This document shows, piece after piece, positions 10,385 to 21,888 of a DNA stretch of 64,000 nucleotides; the stretch's first letter is position 1; every line of letters begins with the position of its first letter. This DNA is from Scyliorhinus canicula (lineage: Eukaryota). Location of the stretch: the NCBI RefSeq assembly GCF_902713615.1, contig NC_052163.1:84617721-84681720 (forward strand), in the 5' to 3' direction. Below the pieces are notes generated by a model, which saw only the letters and a program-made list of their open reading frames with translations, ran no database searches and had not been told where the DNA came from. Made by a program: the position numbers and the translations under genes.

Positions 10385-11165
10385 CCTGATTGTAGTGGAA
10401 CAGTGGACTGCATAGAAATCATCCTATCGGGCTGTATCACAGCCTGGTATGGGAATTGCTCGGCCCAAAACTGCAAGAAACTTCAGAGAGTCGTGAAGAC
10501 AGCCCAGTCCATCACACAAACTTGCCTCCCATCCATTGACTCCATCTAAACCTCCTGGGGAAAGCAGGCAACATAATCAAAGACCCCTCCCACTCGGCTG
10601 ACTCACTCTTCCAACTTCTTCCGTCGGGCAGGAGATACAAAAGTCTGAGAACACGCACAAACAGATTCAAAAACAGCTTCTTCCCCGCTGTTACCAGACT
10701 CCTAAACGACCCTCTTATGGACTGACCTGATTAATACTACACCCCTGTATTGTTCACCCAATGCTGGTGTCTATGTATTTACATTGTGTACCTTGTGTTG
10801 CCCTATTATGTATTTTCTTTTTATTTTAATTTATTTTCATGTACTTAATTTTTTAAATATGAATTGAGAGTACCCAATTCATTTTTTTCTGAATTAAGGG
10901 GCAATTTAGCATGGTCAATCCACCTACCCTGCACAATTTTGGGTTGTGGTGGGAAAACCCAAGCAAACACAGGGAGAATGTGCAAACTCCACATGGACAG
11001 TGACCCTGAGCCGGGATCGAACCTGGGACCTTGGCACCAAGGGACAGCAGCGCTACCCACTGCGCCGCCCTGCTGCCCCGATTTCCATGTACCTAATAAT
11101 CTATTTGAGCTGCTCGCAGAAAAATACTTTTCACTGTACCTCGGTACACGTGACAATAAACAAAT
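10385..11165 (+). mobile_element. Rex1/Babar-type LINE 3' fragment interrupted by an antisense HE1-like SINE (10850-11085)
   Basis: IxxILSGCITAWYGNCSAQxxKKLQRVV motif plus 3' UTR. The SINE is flanked by catgtac(t/c)taat (10838-10849 / 11086-11097). Second copy at about 38720-39510. Confidence 0.8.
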
Positions 11166-11199
11166 CCAACCATCCAGGGGAGAGGATGTCTACGTGCAG

Positions 11200-12290
11200 C
11201 TGCACATGGACAGGGCCGGGGCCATGTAGAGGAGGGGATGGCATGGCCCATTGAGTTACCGGGAGGCAGGGCCATATATTGAGGTGGCTCGGAGGCGACA
11301 TTATCAGGCACGGGTGTACTGGAGGAGAACAATAAGGTTCCAAATGACAGATATCCACTGACCGAGACAGCTCTGTCTGCCTCGAGGGACGGAGGATCAC
11401 CTTTGCCAGATGTTGCAGGAGTTGGCGCCACATGGACTGGGAGGGCACCCGTTGCCTCTGCCCCCGAAGGCCAGAGCCGCGCTGAACGTTTGTGCTAGCG
11501 ACTCATTTCAGCGCTGCACCGGGAACCTAGTCCACTGCACATAAGTGCATAAGGGAGGTGTCGGATGCGGTATTTGCGAGGGTTCATAACTACATCAAAT
11601 TTAACTGGGATCAGGCTCGGCAGGAGGCCAGAACCAAGGGCGTTGCCCACATGGCTGGCCTGCCCCATGTGCAGGGTCTGATTGAATGCCTGCACATGGC
11701 TCCGTGTTCCTCATGGTGGCATGGGGCACTCTTTGTAAACCGCAAGGGATTCAATTCTCTTAATGTGCAGATAGCCTGCGACAATGTGATACGCATTATC
11801 CGGGTATGTGCCCGTTTCCTGGGGAGAATCCTCAGCAGCTACGCTCTCAGATGCTCTTAGATCCCGGGCACCTTCAAGGGAGAGCAGCGGCTGGAGGGAT
11901 GGCTCTTCGGAGTCAAAGGATACCCCCTCAGGAGGTGGCTAATGATGTCACGGCAGAGGCCACAAACACCTGCTGAGCCTTGTTACAATGAGGTTCATGC
12001 ATCTACACGTGCGCTGGCAGAGCAGACGACCGGCTTGCTAAAGATGGGGTTCCAGTGCCTGGACCCATCAGGGGGAGCCCAGCCCCCAGAGGGTTTCACA
12101 CATCATGGTGGTGTGCTGCGCACTCCATGACCTGGCACTGCAAAGGGCCAAAGAGCTTGATGAGGAGGAAATGGACAACCGCAACATCTCCTCAGATGGG
12201 GAGGCAGTTGAGGAGGACTGTGAGGGGAAACCCCGGAAGGGGGCTGAGGAAGAACTTCAGGCAATGGCCAGGGCCTAATTGGGCGTGAAT
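11200..12290 (+). pseudogene. PIF/Harbinger transposase (DDE), frameshifted
   Basis: Fragments RRHYQARVYWRR, FVNRKGFNSLNVQIACD and a GDxGYP-like region, with several stops and frameshifts. Second copy at about 39530-40630. Confidence 0.8.
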
Positions 12291-12609
12291 CTTGGGATGC
12301 TCTCATCACCTCTCACTTTGGGGAGGACTAGGAATATTGTGGGCAGGTATGGTCCATGCATGGAGTCGAAGAACCTCTTCCTCGTATACTGCCAGTGAGC
12401 TGTTGCTGATCACTCCTTTCAAGGGTGGGGAACGGATGCCCAATAACTGGACGATGCAGGAGAATGATGATGACTTGCAGTGAGGGCAGAGCAATGCTCC
12501 TCATCTCCCCTGCAAATGCTTGACTCCTGCCTGACAGAAACCTGAAGGTGAACTGCTACTGAACAGGGTGAACTGTGGGTGCATCGACGCTGAATCTCAG
12601 CTGCCTCTG

Positions 12610-13095
12610 CCTCCTCCGAGGGTAGGGGTACCGGTGCCTCCTCCGAGGTTAGGGGTACCGGTGCCTCCTCCGAGGTTAGGGGTGTCGGTGCTTCCTCCGA
12701 GGGTAGGGGTACCGGTGCCACCTCCGAGGGTAGGGGTACCGGTGCCTCCTCCGAGGGTAGGGGTACCGGTGCCTCCTCCGAGGTTAGGGGTACTGGTGCC
12801 TCCTCCGAGGTTAGGGGTACTGGTGCCTCCTCCGAGGTTAGGGGTACCGGTGCCTCCTCCGAGGTTAGGGGTACCGGTGCTTCCTCCGAGGGTAGGGGTA
12901 CCGGTGCCTCCTCCGAGGGTAGGGGTACCGGTGCCTCCTCCGAGGGTAGGGATACCGGTGCCTCCTCCGAGGGTAGGGATACCGGTGCCTCCTCCGAGGG
13001 TAGGGGTACCGGTGCCTCCTCCGAGGGTAGGGGTACCGGTGCCTCCTCCGAGGGTAGGGGTACCGGTGCCTCCTCCGAGGGTAGGGGTGTCGGTA
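12610..13095. repeat. 27-bp minisatellite, 18 units
   Basis: Unit cctcctccgagg(g/t)taggggtaccggtg. The unit count comes from the 9-aa periodicity of ORF 12568-13203. Confidence 0.97.
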
Positions 13096-13920
13096 TTGTG
13101 CAGGTGGATAGACTGTCACAAACTTTCAGCCACTGTCTTCCTCATGCTGAAAGAATGCTTCACCGTGGAAAGGCTAATGCGTTTGGCCTGGGTTGGGGGG
13201 TGAACAGTGCGATGGTGTCCATAACCAGAGTTATATAAGCATGACTGCGTAGTTACAGTGGGAGGGGGTGGGACAGCCGTTGAGCTGCCATCTTCTCAGA
13301 CGAGTTAGAGAATACACCGTTGTTGCGCTTCCAAAATAAACATTGGCCTATGCTGGGTATGCTGCAAAGAAATGAGAGCGGAAGGACATTCAGGGTGCAA
13401 AACATGACTTTTAATACATTTAACGGTGATTGATCTCTACTTAAACTCACCCGGGCCCCGCTGTGACAATAATCGCTTAACCTTCCTGTTATGTCTCAGT
13501 GTCTCCCCAACGTACACAGCTGAGGATGAGGCAGCCTGCTGTCTTCCACGCCCTGCTGCCTGAGATGACATTGTCGGGCGCCCCCTGGAGGGACAGAACT
13601 GTGAGGATCCGGGCCTACTTTCGGGCAACATGGGGGTTGCAGTGCTACCCTCTTTGGGGTGCAGGGCTGGAGGTGTGACGGTCACAGGATGGGGCAATCA
13701 GATGGGCTGGGCGGTAGGCCCCAGGCTGTGCACCAGACAATCCTCTCCCTTACGGGTGCCCTGGGCTCCTCCATGGGATGGAGGGGCAGCTGGAGTGAGG
13801 TTGAGAAACCCCACCATCCTTTGGCACTGACACGCATGGATTCCCTTTTCTTTAAATGTATTTTATTCCAAACGTGTAAAAAACAGTAACATATACAACA
13901 ACACACTTCACAACCTGGTT

Positions 13921-14098
13921 TGAAGGGGCTGAATTAGCATGCTCGGCTAAATAGCTGGCTTTGAAGGCAGGCCAGCAGCACGGTTCAATTCCTGTACCAG
14001 CCTCCTCGAACAGTTGCCGGAATGTGGCGACTAGGGGCTTTTCACAGTAACTTCATTTGAAGCCTACTCGTGACAATAAGTGATTTTCATTTCATTTC
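13921..14098 (+). mobile_element. tRNA-derived SINE with (tttca)n tail, inside an antisense L1-like 3' fragment (about 13840-14520)
   Basis: Box-B-like ggttcaattcc, a cacagtaacttcatt..gtgacaataa tail and apparent 6-bp TSD caacct. The flanking minus strand encodes a degenerate AFASLIARR-like L1 ORF2 C-terminus. Second copy at about 42317-42502. Confidence 0.65.
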
Positions 14099-14559
14099 AA
14101 CCTCACAGTTTGTCAGTTTTTCCCCTTCTATCCCCTACCCTCTCCCCCCCCCGCCGTGACAAACAGTTCCTCAAACAATGTCATGAACAACCCCCACCTT
14201 GCCACAAAGCCCTCCGCTGACCCCCTCAATTCAAATTTAATCATTTACAACTGAACAAAGTCGTACAGGTCCCCCAGCCAGGCCACCTCCGCCGCCAGCA
14301 CATCCAACCTCCAATTCAGCAAGGTCCTCCTCCGGGCAATTAGAGAGGCGAAGGTCACCATCGGCCCCCTTCACCTCCAGCAGCTCCAGCATTTCTGATA
14401 CCCCAAAGATCGCCACCATTGACTCTGGCCTGACCTCCGCCCCACAATTTTAGATAACATCCCAAACACCACTTCCCAGTATCTCTCCAACTTCTTGCAA
14501 CCCGCACTTCCGGTGGTGGCCATGGAGGAGTAGGTCGCACATTTGATAACTCCCGCTTG

Positions 14560-16371
14560 TGACAGACTTTTGGACTTTTTTCCTCGTTTTTTTCCGGATT
14601 TTATTGGTTAAATAGTGGAAGAGTGAGACAGTAAGGAGAAATCCCCCTCCAGTGTATGGAGAATTGTACCAGAAGTGGCCGTGTAAGAAGACAAAATTCT
14701 ACAAGGAAAACGCGAGTAGAGCTGGCAATGCGGGAAAGCATGGCGGAGAGTCAGGGCCGCGGGGAGATGGCACAATGGTCTACGAAGCAGCTGGTGAAGT
14801 TTTTTGAAGATTGCTTCGCCAAGCTGAAGAAGGACACACTGGACCCGATCAAGGCTTCGATTGAGCAGGCGGTGCAGAATCAAGAAACCCACGGACATGC
14901 AATCCAGGAGGTGGAGAAAAAGGTGTCCGAGCACAAGGAATACATAACCGTGCTGGAGACCAAGGTGGAGATGATGAATGATCGCCAGAAAAGAATGCAG
15001 GAGAAGCTGGAGGACACAGAGAACAGGTCCAGGAGGCAGAATCTGAGAATCGTTGGCCTCCCTGAAGGCAGTAAGGATTGGATGAGAGGGCCTATGTGAT
15101 GAACATGCTGGAGAAGCTGATGGGGGCTGAGGCGTTCCCTCGACCCCTGGAAGTGGATAGAGTGCACAGAGCCCTCGCAAAGAAGCCCCCAAGGAACGGG
15201 CCACCGGTGGAAATGGTGGTACTTTTTGCACCGATTCCTGGACAAGGAACACTTTCTCTGGTGGGCCAAGAAAGAACGGAGCAGCAAGTGGGAGAATTGT
15301 GAGCTGCGCATTTATCAAGACCTGGGCGTGGATTTGGCCAAGAGGCGAGCAGGGTTAAACGGGCAAAAACGGCCCTCTTTATGAAGGGGATGAAGTTCAG
15401 GATGTTGTACCCAGTCTGTCTATGGGTCACATATGAGGAACGGGGTTTTTACTTTGAAACACCAGATGATGTATGGACTCTCATCAAGGAAAAAAGATTG
15501 GAGCTGATTTAAAGACACCGAATCCTTGGAGAGTATTGCAGTGGCGATTTGTTGAAAATCACTTTTGTGCTGATTTGAATAAGTAGTGTTATGTGCAATA
15601 AGGGGCTGTTTCGATGGCGAAAGTTAACTTTGTCTAATTGGGATCTGGTTGGAGGGGGGTGGTTTCTGTGTCTTTTTTCTGTGGCTGTTTCTCCATTGTT
15701 TTATCTGATTATTTACTGGGGAATGTGATGCTTTGAATATGTTTGTCCGAGTGGGGGGAGACAGGAGAGAACAATGGGGAGACAGACTGTTTGGTGCCAA
15801 GGGCGGGCGCGATCAAGTCAGTATGGGTCAGTTGACTCACGGAAGCACAGTGGGGGGCAAGCAGGTGTTAAGCTGGAGCTTGATGTGGGGGATTGGGTTA
15901 CTAGTGCTGTGACTAGGGGAGGAGGGTGAGGGGGGGTGCTGACAGGGGAGGAACTGTTACTAGAGAACAAATGGGAGGTCGAGGACGGCGAATACCCGAG
16001 GGTGGGCTGAAGAGACCGGGGGCGCGAGCTGGAGGCTGGCCTAAAAAGGGTGATGGCTAGCTGGAGGGGGGGTGGGGCAGAGCCCCCCCCCCCGACCAGG
16101 CTGATTACATGGAACGTTAGAGGGTTGAATGGTCCCGTCAAGAGGGCTCGCATTTTTGCGCATTTGAGGAGGTTGAAGGCGAACGTGGCAATGCCACAAG
16201 AGACACACCTAAAGGCTTTAGACCAGACTAGATTGAGAAAGGGGTGGGTTGGCCAAGTATTCCACTCAGGGCTAGACTCAAAGACCAGGGGGATAGCGAT
16301 CTTGATCAATAAACGAGTGACATTCGAGGCAGGGAGAATCGTGTTATACATGGGAGGTAGGTACATAATGG
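14560..16371 (+). mobile_element. L1/Tx1-like LINE 5' portion (ORF1 and start of ORF2), cut by the Gypsy LTR
   Basis: Coiled-coil ORF1 with NRSRRQNLRIVGLPEG, frameshifted. ORF2 start RLITWNVRGLNGPVKR..QETHL. Second copy at about 43337-45140. Confidence 0.85.
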
Positions 16372-18142
16372 TGTCATGTGAGAGTACCTTTAAGAAATGG
16401 GTGTTTAAGAAATGTGTCTTTAAGAAATGGGTGTTTATCAGTGATGTCAGAGTGTGGGTGGAGCTGGGCTGTCCGTCAATTTTTTACTTTTGTTTTAGGC
16501 AGTTTGCTGCAGGGTGTGTTTTAGTTTTGTGTTCACAGCTGGATAGCTGCAGTCACAGCCAAAAGGTATATTGGAGTCTCTCTCTGTAATCTAAACACTG
16601 TAAATCGATCCTGGTGATTTAAAACTGATAACAGTAGTGACTTTAAGCTGATGTGCTTCTGGTAAAAGGTGTTTTACGTCTTATGGATGTTAAAAGGAAA
16701 GCTTAAAGGATTACGTAGTGTTGTATTCTTTGGGGGTTGTATTTGAATTAATGGTTGCTAATATGTTCACTATGTTTTAAAAAGGTTAACGTGAGTTCAT
16801 AGAATAAACATTGTTTTGCTTTAAAAACCTACTTTTCCATTTCTGCTGTACCACACCTGTACCACATGGGGGGCCGTGTGCTCCCCATACCACAATCTAT
16901 TAAAAGTTGTGGGTCAGGTGAACTCCATGATACACTTTGGGGTTCTCTAAACCCTGACCCAGAACAAATTGGGGGCTCGAGGGTGATAAAAGTCTATCTA
17001 TTGGATTGGCTTAGTAAACTTAAAGACAGTGAGGGGTGAGCATATTGTGGTTGCTTATCAGGTGTGGTATTCCAGTTGAAGTGGGGAGTGTGTTGTGTAC
17101 AATGGCTCTTTGGAGGCTCTGAATTTTTTGGGGGTGGAGACGGTCACACGCAGTACCTTATAGACAGAGACTAAAAGCAGACTGTAAGATTTGGCAAAAA
17201 CATTGCAGTTAACATTACCTGACAAAGTGTGAAAAGATAGAGGTAATTATGGTGGTGGCTAAGCATTTAAAGTTGCCTGAGACACAGTTTGACTCTTTGG
17301 AAATGGCAAAAATTCAGATGCAAATTAAACAAATGGAACATGAGAAAGAATTAAAGCAGTTTGAATACAAAAGGGAGGGGGGAAAGAGAGAGAGAGAGGA
17401 AAAAGAAAAGGAGAGAGAAGAAAGGAGGAAAAAATTATAGCCCTAGCAGACCAAAAAGAAAGAAAAAGGGAGATACAGATCAGGGAAAAAGATAAAGAGA
17501 GAGAGTTTGAACTTCAGAAAATGGCCATGAAATGTGACAGTCAGCTAAAATTGACAGACTTAAAGGGAAATGTACAGTTGGATGATAGTGATGAGTGTCA
17601 AAGTCGAAGGCTTGGTGGGGATCTATTTTAATATGTCCAAGCATTGCCAAGGTTTGACGAGTAGGAGGTGGAAGCCATTTTCATTTCATTTGAGAAGGTG
17701 GCTGAACAAATGAAATGGCCACAGGACATGTGGGTATTACTGATTCAAACAAAGCTGATAGGTAGGGCTAGTGAAGTGTTTGCATCACTACCGGAGGAGG
17801 TATCTGGGACGTCTGAGGGGATGAAAAAAATCCATCTTAGGTGCCTATGAACTAGTGCCTGAAGCCTACAGACAGGTTTAGAAATTTAAGGAAAAAATTT
17901 GGTCAAACAGACATGGAGTTTGAAAGGCTCAAACAGAGTAATTTTGATAGGTGGATAAGGGCTTTGAAAATAGGCCAAACGTATGAAGCTCTCAGAGAAA
18001 TTATGCTTTCGGAGGAGTTTAAAAATTCAATTCCTGATGTAGTGAGAACTCATGTGGAAGAGCAGAGGGTTAAAACTGCAAGATTAGCAGCAGAAATGGC
18101 CAATGATTATGAATTTGTTCATAAATCAAAGCTTGGTTTCCG

Positions 18143-18350
18143 ACATCAGTTTCTTTTTTTAAAAATTTAGTGTACCCAATTACATTTATTCCAATTAAGC
18201 GGCAATTTAGCGTGGCCAATCCACCTAGCATGCACGTCTTTGGGTTGTGGGGGCGAAACCCACGCAAACAGGGGGAGAATGTGCAAACTCCACACGGACA
18301 GTGACCCAGAGCCAGGATCAAACCTGGTACCTCGGTGCCGTGAGGCTACA
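18143..18350 (-). mobile_element. HE1-like SINE inserted in Gypsy gag
   Basis: Antisense V-SINE core. The copy-2 homologue (50065-50292) keeps a 14-bp TSD ccgacatcagtttc; copy 1 has lost the SINE 5' end. Confidence 0.85.
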
Positions 18351-21300
18351 CTGAAAAAAATACTGGGGACATGAGAAATACTCAAGTGGCAAAAGTAAAG
18401 GTGACCTAATGGGAGATAATAAGGAGAGTGTGCCTCAGATTAAAAAAGAAATCCAGGAGGATGGAAGAGACATGAAAAGTTTCAAATGTTTTCACTGTAA
18501 TAAACTAGGCCATGTAAAGTCATAGTCTTGGTGGTTGAAGAAAAGCACTGGGAAGGCCGATGTGGTGAAACAGGATAAGACAGTGGGATTTGTTAGAGTG
18601 GTAAAGGAAAGCCCAAGAAAGCGAAGGAGGTGCAAAAGATTGTATAGCCTGATCAAGAGGTGATTGATAAGAAAGTGCCAGATCTCTTTAAAGAATTTAC
18701 TTGTGTGGGTAAAGTTCACTCATGTGTATCAGGAGGAGCAGGTAAAGAAGTCACAATTTTAAGAGATAGGGGAGCTTGTCAATCTTTCATGGTAAGAGAT
18801 AAGGAGTTATGTAGTTTGGGAAGAACGTTGCCAGAAAAGGTGGTAATATTTGGAATTCAGGGTGAGAGGAGCAGCGTTCCATTAGATAAGGGAAGGTTGG
18901 AAAGTCCAGTGAAGAGTGGTGAAGTGGTAGTGGGAGTAATAGAGAAACTATCTTGTCCAGGAATACAGTTTATCTTGTGTAACGATATAGCTGGATCGCA
19001 GGTGAGAGTGATGCCTACTGTGGTTGATAAGCCAGTGGAAAACCAGACAACTGAAGTGTTGAAGGACGAATATCCTAGGATTTTCCTGGATTGTGCAGTA
19101 ACAAGGTCGCTAAGTCGCAGCTTAAGACAATAGGAGAAATCAGGGGCACGTTTCTGCGAGAATCGGCGGGGCGGGCAGCTCCGGCAGGAAGGAGTGGCGT
19201 GAACCACTTCAGCGTTGTGCCGCCCCAAAGGTGCGGAATCCTCTGCACCTTCAGGGGCTAGGCCAGCGCCGGAGTGGTTTGCGCCGCGCTGGCCGGCGGG
19301 GAAGGGGCTTGGCACCATGCCAATCGGCGCTGAAGGGCCTCTGCCGGCCGATTTTTGATCAGATGATTGGAAAAGAACAGGTGGAGGATTAGGCGGATAA
19401 TTTTGGTTCAGGAAAATTGACGGAGTTACAACAGAAAGATGTAGAAATAAAACGGATGTATCAGACAGCATACACGGAAGAGGAATCTGAGTGGATACCA
19501 GAGTTATTACCGTAAAAGTGATGTCTTGATGAGAAAATGGAGACCTTAACATTTGCAGGCGGATGAAAAGTGGACAGAAGTTCATCAAGTAGTATTGCCG
19601 CTGGGGTTTAGAAAGGAGGTGTTGCAAGTTGCACATGAGGTACCAGTGGGAGGTCATTTGGGAATAAGGAAAACTCAAGCCAAAATACAAAACATTTTTA
19701 TTGGCCTGGACTACATAAAGATGTAGTTAAATTTTGTCAATCATGTCACACATGTCAAGTGACAGGGAAAGCTCAAGCAGTGATAAAACCAGAGCCCTTA
19801 ATACCCATTCCAGCATCTGAGGAACCTTTTACATGGGTCCGAATTGATTGCATTGGACTGCTTCCTAAAACGAAAAGTGGGAATCAATATCTTTTGACTA
19901 TAATGGATGTGTCTACTAGGTTTCCAGAGGCCATTCCAGTATGCAATATTACAGCTAAAAAGATTGTTGAGAAGTTACTTAAATTCTTTGCTAGATATTG
20001 ACCACCCACAGAATACAATCAGATCAAGGATCATATTTTACCTCAAGGTTATTCAAAGAAGTTATGGATAGCTTAGGAATAAAACAATTTAAATCAACTG
20101 CGTACCATCCAGAATCGCAGGGAGCGTTAGAAAGTTGGCATCAGACATTAAAGACAATGTTGAGGGCTTATTGTCAAGATTATCCAGAGGATTGGGATAA
20201 AGGAATTCCATTCGTACTGTTTGCAATTAGGGATGCACCTCATGAGTCAACTAAATTCAGTCCTTTTGAACAAATTTTTGGTCATCAGGTAAGAGGACCA
20301 CTTAAATTCATTAAGGAAAAATTGGTGAGTGAGAAATTAGAAATTACATTCTTGGATTAAGTGCCAAATTTCAGGGGACGATTAAATAGAGCAGGACAAT
20401 TGGCTAGACAACATTTAAGGATTGCACAAAATGTGATGAAACGGCTAGCGGACAAGAAATCCAAAGTTCGGAGTTTTGCCTGTGGAGATAAAGTTTTAGC
20501 ATTGTCACCAGTGGTAGGTGAGCCTTTAAAAGCTAGGTTTTGTGAACTGTATCAAATTGAAAGGAAATTAAGTGAGGTGAATTATGTGGTAAAAGCACCA
20601 GATAGAAGGCGTGTGTCATGTGAATATGCTTCAAAGGTACTTTGAAAGGGAAGGAGAGAAATAGGAGGATGTTTCAATGATTCTAACTCAAAGTGACGAA
20701 CCAAATCCAGATGACTGTGAATTTGACATACACCAAATTAAATTGGAAAATGAGGATTTCTTAAAAATTGGGATAAATTGTTGAGTTACCTTCCTGAGGA
20801 AAAGCGGACTGACCCGAAAGAGTTATTGATATCACGTGGGCACGTTTGTAGAGATAAATTGGGAAGTACTAAAATGGCTATACATGATGTAGATGTGGGA
20901 AATGCCGTTCCAATCAAACAACATCCATATATACTTAACCCTTTAAAATTGGCACAGGTTAACAAAGAGATTGAGAGTATGCTTAAAAATGGCATAATTG
21001 AAGTGGGTTGCAGCCAATGGAGTTCACCCATAGTGATGGTACCTAAACCAGACGGTACCCAACGGTTGTGTGTGGACTACAGAAAGGTTAATGCAGTTCC
21101 AAGAGCGGACTCTTATCCTATCCCGTGTTTGGGGGATTGCATTGAGAAAGTGGGACAATCAGTTTTTATTTCCAAACCAGATTCACTTAAAGGTTACTGG
21201 CAGGTACCTTTATCCAAAAGGGTTTCAGCTTTTGAATGGTATATACCAATTCAATGTTATGCCATTTGGCATGAAAAACACCCCAGCCACATTTCAACGG

Positions 21301-21888
21301 TCAACTAACAAAGTCGTTTCAGGATTACCCAATTGTGCGGTATACATCGATGATCTGGTCATTTTCAGCCAGACATGGACAGAACATTTGAAACATCTGA
21401 TGGGGTTATTCGATCGACTTCAGGAGGTGGGTGTGGTGGTAATCCCAGCCAAAAGTGAATTTGGAAAAGCCCAATTCACTTTCCTTGGCCATACACTCGG
21501 ACAGGGTCGAATGGTCACATGGGATGTGAAACCAACAGTTATTGAGGAGTTTTCAATACCCTCAAGACAAAGGGGCATAATGTGATTTCTTGGCATGAGT
21601 GGATTTGATCGAACATTTGTGCAAATGTTTTGTCGCGTGATTGCTCCACTGATGGACTTGCTGAAGAAACGTCGAAAATTTCAATGCACAGCAGAGTTTC
21701 AACAGGCATTTGACTGCCTGAAAGCTGTGATAACCAATGCTCATGTGTTGGAGAATTACAAGGGACCCTGATCAGATTGAACTAAAGTTTCTGACTTTAA
21801 TGAGACATGCCGAGGAGTAGAGGAATGGATGGATTGTGCAGAGACCTTCTTGTTCAATGAGACTGACAATCGAGCAGGATTTCAGTTG

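Noticed and set aside
12568-13203. 211-aa and 229-aa Pro-rich ORFs as host genes, or the repeat as a CRISPR-like array
   Set aside because: Openness follows from a stop-free 27-bp unit; the start is non-ATG; there are no unique spacers; the context is eukaryotic TE.
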